A stretch of 64,000 nt of DNA from an uncultured Gemmatimonadales bacterium. Lineage in GTDB: Bacteria; Gemmatimonadota; Gemmatimonadetes; Gemmatimonadales; Gemmatimonadaceae. Shown piece by piece: positions 29,379 through 38,445 of the stretch. Numbering within the stretch: position 1 is the stretch's first letter; every line of letters starts with the position of its first letter. Position numbers and translations under genes: made by a program. The DNA lies in assembly GCA_963850905.1 (NCBI GenBank), contig CAWKMU010000003.1, positions 800,001-864,000 of the forward strand. The letters run 5' to 3'. The notes beneath the pieces are model-generated. The model made no database searches, was not told the DNA's origin, and saw nothing but the letters and a program-made list of their open reading frames with translations.

Positions 29379-30614
29379 GTGAATCCAGGCTTTGCTCCGC
29401 GGAGCGCCGGACGCGCCGCGTTTGCGTTCATTTTCGTCACCGTCGCCCTCGACATGTTGGCGCTCGGCATCATCGTGCCGGTCCTGCCGACGCTCATCGT
29501 GTCGTTCGAGGGCGGATCGATCGCGCGGGCGTCGACCATCACCGGATGGTTCGGCTTTGCCTGGGCGCTGATGCAGTTCCTCTGCTCACCGACGATCGGC
29601 ACGCTCTCCGATCGCTTTGGGCGCCGACCGGTGATCCTGCTGTCGAACCTTGGTCTCGGGCTCGACTACCTCGTGATGGCCGTCGCGCCGTCGGTCGGCT
29701 GGCTGTTTCTCGGCCGAGTGCTGTCGGGCATCACCTCATCGAGCTACCCGACGGCAACAGCGTATGTGGCTGACGTGACCCCAGCCGACCAGCGCGCGGC
29801 GCGTTTCGGCATGCTCGGCGCAGCGTTCGGCCTCGGGTTCGTCATCGGGCCGGCCGTGGGCGGACTCCTCGGCGCTATCGATCTCCGCCTGCCGTTCTGG
29901 GTCGCCGCCGCGTTGAGTCTGGCGAATTTCGCCTACGGGTTTTTCATTCTGCCCGAGTCGCTCCCCCGAGAGCGGCGGGGCCGCGTGGAATGGCGCATGG
30001 CCCACCCGTTCGGAGCGATCGCGTTTCTCCGGTCGCGCGCCGCACTCCTGGGACTCGGCGTCGCCGCATTTCTCTATTACGTCGCCCACGAAGTGTTGCC
30101 GAGTCTCTACGTGCTGTACACCGAGTACCGATACACCTGGAACGAACGACAGATCGGGATTTCGCTCGCGGCCATCGGCGTGTGCACCACGATCGTGTCC
30201 GCCTTCCTCGTCGGCCCGGTCGTCGCGCGACTCGGCGAACGTCGCTCACTCGCGTTGGGATATGCGTGCATGACGACCGCCTTCTCCGTGTTCGCCATCG
30301 CGGCCGCGGGGAACGCGTTCCTCTGCGGGATCCCGTTCGTCTCGCTGAGTGGCATCGCCAGCCCATCGCTGCAGGCACTCGCAACCCGTCACGTCGACAG
30401 CACCGAGCAAGGCCAACTCCAAGGCGCGCTGAGCAGCCTGCGGGGCGTCGGCATGATGATCGGACCGCTGCTCTTCACCCAGACCTTCACCTGGTCCCTG
30501 CAACTCCCCCACCCATTCCCCGCCGCCCCCATGTGGCTCGCCGCCACATGCGTGGGTATTGCCGGATTTGCGGGATGGCTGGCGACCGCGCCACGGGCAG
30601 CGCAAGCGGTGTAG
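29379..30614 (+). CDS. TCR/Tet family MFS efflux transporter
   Basis: 12 TM; motif A GTLSDRFGRRP; LGRVLSG; antiporter motif GFVIGPAVGG. Confidence 0.9.
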   Translation: MNPGFAPRSAGRAAFAFIFVTVALDMLALGIIVPVLPTLIVSFEGGSIARASTITGWFGFAWALMQFLCSPTIGTLSDRFGRRPVILLSNLGLGLDYLVMAVAPSVGWLFLGRVLSGITSSSYPTATAYVADVTPADQRAARFGMLGAAFGLGFVIGPAVGGLLGAIDLRLPFWVAAALSLANFAYGFFILPESLPRERRGRVEWRMAHPFGAIAFLRSRAALLGLGVAAFLYYVAHEVLPSLYVLYTEYRYTWNERQIGISLAAIGVCTTIVSAFLVGPVVARLGERRSLALGYACMTTAFSVFAIAAAGNAFLCGIPFVSLSGIASPSLQALATRHVDSTEQGQLQGALSSLRGVGMMIGPLLFTQTFTWSLQLPHPFPAAPMWLAATCVGIAGFAGWLATAPRAAQAV

Positions 30615-30621
30615 CAAAAAC

Positions 30622-30787
30622 AACGGCGGGGTTAGGGGTCAGGGGTCAGGGGAACAGACCGAAAGGTCTGGTTCACTGTGCACAATGCCCGCCTTGGACC
30701 GGTAGGGGCGACGCATTGCGTCGCCCGTCGTTGTCGTTGCGGTTGTCGTTCCCTGACCCCTGACCCCTGACCCCTGACCCCGCCGTT
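30622..30787 (+). repeat. Composite heptamer-arm/GTAG-REP element, full copy
   Basis: AACGGCGGGG, core 30702-30726, (TGACCCC)4, GCCGTT; between convergent genes. Confidence 0.92.
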
Positions 30788-30797
30788 TTAGTCCCTA

Positions 30798-32531
30798 CTA
30801 CCTCACCAACTCCACCCGCCGGTTGCGCGCGCGACCAACCAGCGTCGAGTTCGAATCGACAGGCGATGCCGAGCCAAATCCGTTCGACGTCAGGCGCTTG
30901 GTCGCGATCTGAAAGCCGCTGATCAGCGTGTCCCGGACCGCTGCCGCACGACGCTTGGACAGCGCGAGGTTGTAGACATCGCCCCCGATGCTGTCAGTGT
31001 AGCCGTTGATCGCGAGCGTCCAGTCGGGATTCTTGTGCATGAGATCTGCGATCTCATGCAGCACAGGACCGGACTGCTTCTTGATCTTGGCCTGTGCGAA
31101 ATCGAAGTAGATCCCGTACACGAGGACCTTCCGGTCGCGCTTCAAAGCCTGCTCCATGCGCTGCTCGCTGGCGGCTGCACCTGCCCCACCACCGCCGCCG
31201 CTACCACTGCCACCGCCACCGCCACCGCCGCTACCGCCACTGCCGCCACCACCCGCGGCGCCGCCACTCCCTGCAGCGGCCGATCCGCCCGCGCCTGCGC
31301 CCGCGCCACCGCCTCCACCACCACCACCACCACCACCGCCGCCGCCACCGCCGCCCGAGCCGTTGCCCCCGGCCCCGCCGGCAGCGCCGCCACCAGCAGC
31401 CAGCCCAAGATCGCCACCACCTCCTCCACCGCCACCTCCTCCACCTGCACTGCCAGCGATTTCGACATCGGCATCAGCGATATGCACGACCTGGAGTTGT
31501 GTCGTATCGAGTTGCAGTATGCCTTTGACCGTCCGGAACCCGGTCTTGTTCGTGCCACGCAGCACCGAATCGGGCACCCCATCGAGCGTGGTGTCCTTCT
31601 GCAAATCCATCGTCCTCCAGGTGAGGACAATCGGATCTTTCGGATCATCGAGGATGAAGTACTCGCAGTCGACGTGGCGGATCTCGGCGCCGTTTCGCGC
31701 GATGGTTGGCGTTCTGATCGTATCGCACTGCGCATGCACGGCGGGCAGCACGACGGGCTGGTCATTCAAAATGACCGGAACGCCAACAGGATGCGGCTCG
31801 ACACGACGGATCCAGTGTCCGCGGTCCTCGAGGTCCCCAAAGTCCGGCATCATGACCCGCACATAGACCCTGTGTCCGGTCTTGATGGCGGCGAGGAGCC
31901 GTGCGGAGAAGGTGATGCCCGTCGTACCCGTATCGGTCTCGGGCGGCTCCGTCGTCGGTCTGGAAAGGAAGACTGGCGCGAAGCCACATGCGGTATCCTG
32001 ATCCGCTCGGAGGACGTTCCGTCGCGAGGCGGTCGGCGTCGGGACGGTTTTCTTGGCCAAGACGTCGTACTTGGGCACCATCGCCGACAGGTCGAGCGAC
32101 ACCAGATTCCCGGTGAGGTCAGTCACCGTCTTGACGGACTCGTAGTCCCCATCCGGCGTCGCGATGGCCGTTATCACGTTCAATCCGACACGCAATGGCA
32201 CGGTGTCGCCGACTGATGCGCGGCCGGGCGTCCACGGCTGCAGATTGGGCACGCTGTCAGGCTCAGTTTCATCGGCGAGGCACGCGTGCTGTATCGCAGA
32301 GACGCCGTCTGCTTCTGTCGCGCTTGGCAGGTCCTTGAATCCACTGTTGGACGATCCTCCCCCCGGTGCTGCCGCCGGCAGTGCGGCGAGCTGGGCGTCA
32401 GCACTCTGCTGTGGCGTCTTTCCCTGCTTGTGGCCACCGCACGCCAACATCGCCGAAAGGAGGATGTACGCGCAGGCGCCGCGGATGCGGAGATTCGTTC
32501 GGTCGGCGGTCGACTTCATCTGGCAGCACAT
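30798..32531 (-). CDS. OmpA-family lipoprotein with long poly-Gly linker
   Basis: Lipobox MLAC; C-terminal IYFDF, GYTD, YNLALSKRRAAAV, RARNRRVE; Gly/Ala/Ser run of about 90 aa. Confidence 0.85.
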   Translation of the reverse strand: MCCQMKSTADRTNLRIRGACAYILLSAMLACGGHKQGKTPQQSADAQLAALPAAAPGGGSSNSGFKDLPSATEADGVSAIQHACLADETEPDSVPNLQPWTPGRASVGDTVPLRVGLNVITAIATPDGDYESVKTVTDLTGNLVSLDLSAMVPKYDVLAKKTVPTPTASRRNVLRADQDTACGFAPVFLSRPTTEPPETDTGTTGITFSARLLAAIKTGHRVYVRVMMPDFGDLEDRGHWIRRVEPHPVGVPVILNDQPVVLPAVHAQCDTIRTPTIARNGAEIRHVDCEYFILDDPKDPIVLTWRTMDLQKDTTLDGVPDSVLRGTNKTGFRTVKGILQLDTTQLQVVHIADADVEIAGSAGGGGGGGGGGGDLGLAAGGGAAGGAGGNGSGGGGGGGGGGGGGGGGGAGAGAGGSAAAGSGGAAGGGGSGGSGGGGGGGSGSGGGGGAGAAASEQRMEQALKRDRKVLVYGIYFDFAQAKIKKQSGPVLHEIADLMHKNPDWTLAINGYTDSIGGDVYNLALSKRRAAAVRDTLISGFQIATKRLTSNGFGSASPVDSNSTLVGRARNRRVELVR

Positions 32532-32995
32532 GGCTTCCCTCTCGGACCCAGGAGGAGCGCTCGCACGCTGGACAGCCTTGTCGGGCCTCGACCTCGCGCG
32601 ATCTGCGCGCAAATGCGCTAGCGCCCGCTCCACCTAGCGCGTTTTCAGCGGCAAAAGCCAATACTTTGAGGCGAACGAGCCAATAGGATGTGTATATGGC
32701 CCCGGTACGCGGGGGCTGGACGCACCCGCCAGCTCGGAACGATCACCGTCTCACCTGGCACTCGGGACTCGACGGAATGGCGGCCGAGCCATGCCATGCG
32801 TACGTGGCACGGTGCTGCGATAGCGACGAAGGTATGTGGTGACAATCCCAACGGCCCTCCTGCGCAGCGATGGGCACGGGATTTCCTAAGGCGATGCGGT
32901 GCCCCACAGCGCGTCACGCCGGTTAGCATGCAGATGCAGGATGCAGATCCGTTCAGCCCGTCCGTCCCTTGTTCTCATTCGGTCGAGGATGGTCC

Positions 32996-33220
32996 ATGGA
33001 GCACTTTGCTGCAGGGCCCGTGTGCGACTGGTCGGGTGCCCGGCGCGAGCCCACCCCCGAGACCCGGTGTGGGGCGCCCGCCCGGGCGCTGGTGATGGTG
33101 GTCGACACCGGGAAGGACGCGATCGTCGACCAGCGCAACCTGTGCAACGATCACACGCGCGAAATGCGACAGGCCAACGATCGCCCCGGCCGTCGTGTCG
33201 ACATCTTCCCGCTCTCGTGA
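32996..33220 (+). CDS. Small Cys-containing hypothetical protein (74 aa)
   Basis: GAGGA RBS before ATG; C...C...CxxH arrangement. Confidence 0.45.
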   Translation: MEHFAAGPVCDWSGARREPTPETRCGAPARALVMVVDTGKDAIVDQRNLCNDHTREMRQANDRPGRRVDIFPLS

Positions 33221-33280
33221 ATGCGGCGTGACGATTCGTCAGCGTCGTTCCTGGATCCCGAGTTCCGGATCCTCGATGCG

Positions 33281-33724
33281 TTAGCGCCCGTTACGTCGCC
33301 TCTGGCGCGCCCCTGATGGCGCCGGGGTCGATCGCATCCCGATCATCACTTCAGTCGATTTGACCACGGCCACCGCCTCGACGCCCGGCGCGAGGCCGAG
33401 CCGGTCGGCCGACTGCCGCGTAATCACCGCGATGAGCTCCTGCGGAGCGATCGCCATCGCCACTTCGGCCATGAGGCCGTCGCTGACGACGGAGCGCACC
33501 CGACCCACGAGTTGATTCCGTGCGCTGAGATCGACCGCGGTGCGCGCGATCGCATCACTGCGCGGCTGACGCCCTCGCATCAAATGGCTGCGCTGAAAGA
33601 GCCATCGCCGGCCATGGCGGATCGCCGGGATCTGACCCTGCCGCGCGAGTAGCTGCACGCGTTTGACGTGCAAGTGCAGCAGCGCCGCGGCCTCCGCCGC
33701 CGTGAGCAAGTCCCTTCGAGGCAT
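33281..33724 (-). CDS. Excisionase-like HTH plus TOBE (Mop) domain protein, putative molybdate-responsive regulator
   Basis: LLTAAEAAALL...GQIPAIRHGRRWLF; SARNQLVG...AVIT..S...LGL..G...AVVKSTEV (TOBE). Confidence 0.85.
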   Translation of the reverse strand: MPRRDLLTAAEAAALLHLHVKRVQLLARQGQIPAIRHGRRWLFQRSHLMRGRQPRSDAIARTAVDLSARNQLVGRVRSVVSDGLMAEVAMAIAPQELIAVITRQSADRLGLAPGVEAVAVVKSTEVMIGMRSTPAPSGARQRRRNGR

Positions 33725-33751
33725 TCTCGTCCCGAGTCCCTGATCCCGCCG

Positions 33752-34729
33752 CTACGTCGGCAGTGATCGCCGATCTCTCCAGCACAGATACGCCACCACG
33801 CTGGCCACAATCGCAAATCCGGCGCCGAACTCCCCGATCGCGTAGTTCGTGAAAGGCGTGTGTCGCGTGAGCGGATCGAAGATCGCCTGGATGAAGAGGT
33901 TGTGACTCGCGTGCAGGAGCATGCACGGCCACACGCTCCCGGACTTGAGGCGCATCCAGGCGAAGAGCACGCCAATGCCCACGACGCCAACCGCGAAGCA
34001 GATCACCGAAAACCACACCGGATTGGCACCGTGATAGTCCGCACCGATGATGAGTGGCATATGCCACGCCGCCCAGATCGCACCGCTGATCAACCCCACC
34101 TTGGCGAATGAGGTCACCTTGGCCAGCTCCGGGACAAGGAATCCCCGCCAGCCCAGCTCTTCGCCGAGCGCTGACACGCAGCTTGGGATCAAGCCGACGG
34201 TGCCGACGACCAGGATGTACGTCAGCACTCCGCCAATCGACGCGCTCTGCACGCTGAGCGGCAGATGCAGTTGCGAGGCGATCCGGCCCATTGCGGCTGG
34301 AACGACGCCAAAGTCCCCGAGCCCCAACGCCCAGAGCGGCAGGTAAACGACCGACGCGTAGGCGATCGGGATCCAGTATCCGGCCCATCCGTACTTCGCC
34401 GCCGGCAGACGCCACCCGACCCCGCGGAGCGTGCGCTGAAACAGGAGTCGCGTCAGGATTCCCGCGGTGGCCGGGCACCACATCAGGTACAGCACGAGCG
34501 GCCGTCCGCGCGGATCCGCCAACGAGTGCTGCTGGATCATGATGCGCCAGAGGATCGCGCTCAATCCGGCGGTGAGCAGCACATAGGTCACAATTCCGAG
34601 GATCGTGCGTCGGCGCGCCTCGGCCGGCGTCATCGCGCCACGGCTCACGGTGGCCCGTGCCCCGGCTGTCGCGCCCGGCGCGACCGTCGTCGCGGCCAGC
34701 ACCGCTCCTGGTGTGATATCAGTAGGCAT
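33752..34729 (-). CDS. CPBP (CAAX/Abi) intramembrane glutamic endopeptidase
   Basis: GEELGWRGFL, WAAWH, HASHN motifs; multiple TM. Confidence 0.9.
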   Translation of the reverse strand: MPTDITPGAVLAATTVAPGATAGARATVSRGAMTPAEARRRTILGIVTYVLLTAGLSAILWRIMIQQHSLADPRGRPLVLYLMWCPATAGILTRLLFQRTLRGVGWRLPAAKYGWAGYWIPIAYASVVYLPLWALGLGDFGVVPAAMGRIASQLHLPLSVQSASIGGVLTYILVVGTVGLIPSCVSALGEELGWRGFLVPELAKVTSFAKVGLISGAIWAAWHMPLIIGADYHGANPVWFSVICFAVGVVGIGVLFAWMRLKSGSVWPCMLLHASHNLFIQAIFDPLTRHTPFTNYAIGEFGAGFAIVASVVAYLCWRDRRSLPT

Positions 34730-34886
34730 GGGTTCCCGTTGAAAAAGGGGACGTGATCGACGGGAAACTACCGCCGCGCGCTGCGATCGGTAGGACCAGG
34801 GAGCCCGGGTTCTATAGCAGGCCAACGAGGAGCCTCCGCCAGGACGAGGCATATCCCGCGTCGCCTGTCTACTTTCCACTTTCTGT

Positions 34887-36098
34887 GTGTCGACTCTCTC
34901 GGGCGCGCAAGCGCCCGCCGCCTCTAGCCCCCCGCTCTTGCACATCGACACCGAATTCGTGACTCGGACGCTGCGAGAGCTCGTCCAGATCAACTCCATC
35001 AACCCGACACTCGTGAGCGGTGCACCCGGCGAGTCGGCGATCGCCGAGTACGTCGCGCACGTGCTGCGCGGCCTCGGCCTCGAGGTCGGCGTCGTGGCCT
35101 CCACCCCCGGCCGGCCGAGCGTCGTCGGACGCTTGCGTGGGCGCGGCGGCGGACGGTCGTTGATGCTCAACGCTCACCAGGACACCGTCGGCGTTGACGG
35201 CATGCCCGAGCCGTTCTCCGGCGCCGTGCGCGACGGTCGGATGTACGGGCGCGGTACCTTCGATATGAAGGGCGGACTCGCAGCGAGCATCGGCGCCGTC
35301 AAGGCGTTGATCGATGCGGATGCGGTGCCGGCCGGCGACGTCATCGTGGCAGCCGTCGCCGACGAGGAACACTCGAGCATCGGCATGCAGGACGTGCTCG
35401 CGCACTACCGGGTCAATGGCGCGATCGTCACCGAGGCGACGGCGCTCGACCTGTGCGTGGCGCACAAAGGCTTCATCTGGGTCGAGATCGAGACGCTGGG
35501 CCGCGCCGCGCATGGAAGCCGGCCCGAGCTGGGCGTGGACGCCAACCTTCGGATGGGTCGCGTTCTATCGCGACTCGAACAACTCGAGCAGTCGCTGCGG
35601 CGACGGCCACCGCACGCACTACTCGGGAGTCCGTCGGTGCACGCGGCGACGCTGCAGGGCGGGACGGGTCTCAGCACGTACGCCGCATCGTGTAAGCTGG
35701 GCATCGAGCGCCGCACGATTCCCGGCGAGACGGCGGCGCAGGTCGACTCGGAGATGCGCGAGCTGATCGAGCCCCTCCAGGCCGCAGACCCGACGTTCCA
35801 TGCGACGGCGAAAACCCTTCTGGTTCGGGATTGGTTCGAGACGCCCTCCGGATCCGCGCTTGCGACGGCCGTCGACCGGGGCGTTCAGAGCTGCCTCGGA
35901 CGCTCACCGCGGCGAGTCGGCCAGTCGTGGTGGATGGATTCCGCGCTTCTCGGTGCCGCCGGCGCCGATACGGTGGTGATCGGTCCAGAAGGTGCCGGTG
36001 CCCACGCGGACGAGGAGTGGGTGGACCTGGACACCGTACACAACCTCACACGGATACTGGCCGAAACGGCGACGCTGTACTGCGGGAGCACCACATGA
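34887..36098 (+). CDS. ArgE/DapE family M20 deacylase
   Basis: NAHQDTV, GRGTFDMKGG, DEE, AHKG, GRAAHG, AHADEEWV. Confidence 0.9.
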   Translation: MSTLSGAQAPAASSPPLLHIDTEFVTRTLRELVQINSINPTLVSGAPGESAIAEYVAHVLRGLGLEVGVVASTPGRPSVVGRLRGRGGGRSLMLNAHQDTVGVDGMPEPFSGAVRDGRMYGRGTFDMKGGLAASIGAVKALIDADAVPAGDVIVAAVADEEHSSIGMQDVLAHYRVNGAIVTEATALDLCVAHKGFIWVEIETLGRAAHGSRPELGVDANLRMGRVLSRLEQLEQSLRRRPPHALLGSPSVHAATLQGGTGLSTYAASCKLGIERRTIPGETAAQVDSEMRELIEPLQAADPTFHATAKTLLVRDWFETPSGSALATAVDRGVQSCLGRSPRRVGQSWWMDSALLGAAGADTVVIGPEGAGAHADEEWVDLDTVHNLTRILAETATLYCGSTT

Positions 36099-37285
36099 CA
36101 TCACCGTCACGACCCCCCTCCCTCGACACCATCGCGGTGTGGGGCGGCGAGGAAGAGTCGCTCTGCCAAGGGGCCACCCAGGTCCCGGTCGTCCATAGTG
36201 TCGCGTTCGGATACCACGATCTCGATACGTGGAAGCAGGTCGCGTTGGGGGAAGCGCCCGGTCACATCTACAGCCGCAACACCAACCCGACGGTCCAGGC
36301 GTTCGAGCACAAGGTACGCTTGCTCGAAGGCGCAGAGGCGGCCACGAGCTTCGCGACCGGGATGGCCGCCATCAGCAATACGCTGTTCACCCTGCTCGCG
36401 CCGGGCGACCGCGTGGTGTCGATCAAGGACACCTACGGCGGCACGGCCAAGCTCTTCACCGAGTTTCTGCCGCGGTATCAGATCTGTACGACACTCTGCG
36501 AGACGGAAGATTACGACGCTATCGAACGTGCCGTGTCGACCGGCTGTCGTGTGCTCTACCTCGAGTCGCCAACCAATCCGACACTCAAGGTGATCGACAT
36601 CCAGCGTCTCGCGGCCGCGGCACATCGGGTCGGTGCGTTCGTCGTGGTCGACAACACCTTCGCCACACCAATCAATCAGAGCCCCCTGACGCTCGGCGCC
36701 GACATCGTGGTCCACAGCGCGACCAAGTTCCTCGGCGGCCACGCCGATGCGCTCGGCGGCGTCATCTGCGGCGGATCCGATCTCGTGCACCGCATCTATC
36801 ACTATCGCGAGATCACGGGCGCGACGCTGCACCCCTCGGCGGCATACTTGCTGTTGCGTGGACTGAAGACACTGCACCTGCGGATCCGTCAGCAAAACGC
36901 GAGCGCGCTCCGCATCGCCGAGCATCTGGCTCGACATCCGGCGGTGGGAGCGGTCTTCTATCCGGGTCTTGCCGCGCACCGACACCACGATGTGGCGGCG
37001 CGACAGATGCGCGGATACGGCGGTGTGCTGAGCTTCATGTTGACGGGTGGGTACGCGGCCGTCCGCACCTTCCTCCCAAAGCTCGAGCGGGCACACCTCG
37101 CGGCGAATCTCGGATCCGTGGAAACCGTCGCGGGTCCTCCAGCGACCACGAGCCACGTCGAGACCACGGCCGCCGAACGCGCGGCGCTCGGCATTCCAGA
37201 AGGTCTCGTCCGGTACTCGGTCGGCATCGAGGACCCCGAGGATCTCATTGCCGACCTGGATCAGGCCTTGGAGAGTGTACGCTGA
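36095..37285 (+). CDS. Cystathionine gamma-synthase/lyase family PLP enzyme
   Basis: YSRNTNPT, ESPTNP, DNTFATP, HSATKFLGGH, VRYSVGIED; ATGA overlap with the upstream gene. Confidence 0.92.
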   Translation: MTSPSRPPSLDTIAVWGGEEESLCQGATQVPVVHSVAFGYHDLDTWKQVALGEAPGHIYSRNTNPTVQAFEHKVRLLEGAEAATSFATGMAAISNTLFTLLAPGDRVVSIKDTYGGTAKLFTEFLPRYQICTTLCETEDYDAIERAVSTGCRVLYLESPTNPTLKVIDIQRLAAAAHRVGAFVVVDNTFATPINQSPLTLGADIVVHSATKFLGGHADALGGVICGGSDLVHRIYHYREITGATLHPSAAYLLLRGLKTLHLRIRQQNASALRIAEHLARHPAVGAVFYPGLAAHRHHDVAARQMRGYGGVLSFMLTGGYAAVRTFLPKLERAHLAANLGSVETVAGPPATTSHVETTAAERAALGIPEGLVRYSVGIEDPEDLIADLDQALESVR

Positions 37286-38445
37286 TGAGACGCGTGACCC
37301 GGTACCACACGTGGCGCGGAGTCCGCCCCGTTGCTGCCGCACTCGCACTCGGCGTCATGACACCGGGCGCACACACGACCACCGCACCGGTGCCGCCGGT
37401 CCGGCACGTGTTCGTGATCGTGCTGGAAAACCAGTCCTTCGAGGGCACGTTCGGAGCCCACGCGCCTGCGCCGTATCTGGGGCGGACGCTCCCCGCCCAG
37501 GGCGCGTTGCTGAAGAATTATTTCGGCATCGGGCACATGAGCCTCGACAACTATGTCGCATTGGTGAGCGGCCAGGCGCCGAACGAAGCCACGCAGCTCG
37601 ACTGCCCGATGTACGTCCCGTTTCAGCTGACGCAGCCCACACTCGACGCGGACGGGCAAGCGCTCGGCACAGGATGCCTGTACCCGCGCATGGTCCACAT
37701 GATCGGCGATCAGCTGGACGCTGCCGGATTCAGCTGGCGCGGATACATGGAGGATTTGGGACGAGATCCTGGGCGCGACGGCGGTGCGTGCGGACACCCG
37801 GCGATCGGCGCGGCTGATCCGACACAGACGGCGAAGCGTACACCGAATGATCAATACGCCATGTGGCACAACCCGTTCGTGTTCTTCCGAACGGTGGTCG
37901 ACGACCCGTCTCGCTGTACGTCGCACGTCGTTGGGCTCGAGCATTTGGCCACCGATCTGGCGACGACCGCCACGACGCCGAACTACGCTTTCATCACGCC
38001 AAATCTCTGCAATGACGCGCACGACGAGCCGTGCATGGATAACTCGCCAGGTGGTCTCATGCAGGCGGACCGGTTCCTTCGACACTGGGTGCCGATCATC
38101 ACGGGGTCGGCGGCGTTCAAGGCCAATGGCGTATTGATCATCACGTTCGACGAAGCCGCAAGCGCGACCGAGCCTGACACGTCGGCCGCCTGCTGCGGCG
38201 AGCGGGGACTACCCGGCGCCCCGAAGCCGCCAGGCGGCGACGGACCCGGCGGCGGTCGCGTCGGAGCCGTGATGCTGTCGCCGTTCATCCGGGGCGGCAC
38301 CGTGAGTACGACGCCGTACAACCACTATGCCTTGCTTCGCTGGGTAGAAGACGTCTTCGGGCTGCCGCACCTGGGCTACGCGGGCGCTCCGGGGCTCCGG
38401 GCTTTCGCGACGGACGTGTTCGGCAGCATCGCCCGCACGGACTGA
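37285..38445 (+). CDS. Secreted phosphoesterase (acid phosphatase/phospholipase C family)
   Basis: HVFVIVLEN, SLDNY, HNPF, FITPNLCNDAHD, ITFDE, YNHYALLR; TGATG overlap. Confidence 0.88.
   Translation: MRRVTRYHTWRGVRPVAAALALGVMTPGAHTTTAPVPPVRHVFVIVLENQSFEGTFGAHAPAPYLGRTLPAQGALLKNYFGIGHMSLDNYVALVSGQAPNEATQLDCPMYVPFQLTQPTLDADGQALGTGCLYPRMVHMIGDQLDAAGFSWRGYMEDLGRDPGRDGGACGHPAIGAADPTQTAKRTPNDQYAMWHNPFVFFRTVVDDPSRCTSHVVGLEHLATDLATTATTPNYAFITPNLCNDAHDEPCMDNSPGGLMQADRFLRHWVPIITGSAAFKANGVLIITFDEAASATEPDTSAACCGERGLPGAPKPPGGDGPGGGRVGAVMLSPFIRGGTVSTTPYNHYALLRWVEDVFGLPHLGYAGAPGLRAFATDVFGSIARTD

Noticed and set aside
29379..30614. Acquired tetracycline resistance gene tetA
   Set aside because: Only family-level motifs; no divergent tetR or mobile context; composition looks like the host.
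33752..34729. Abortive-infection defence gene
   Set aside because: The Abi label of CPBP proteases is a family name; the motifs are those of an ordinary membrane protease.
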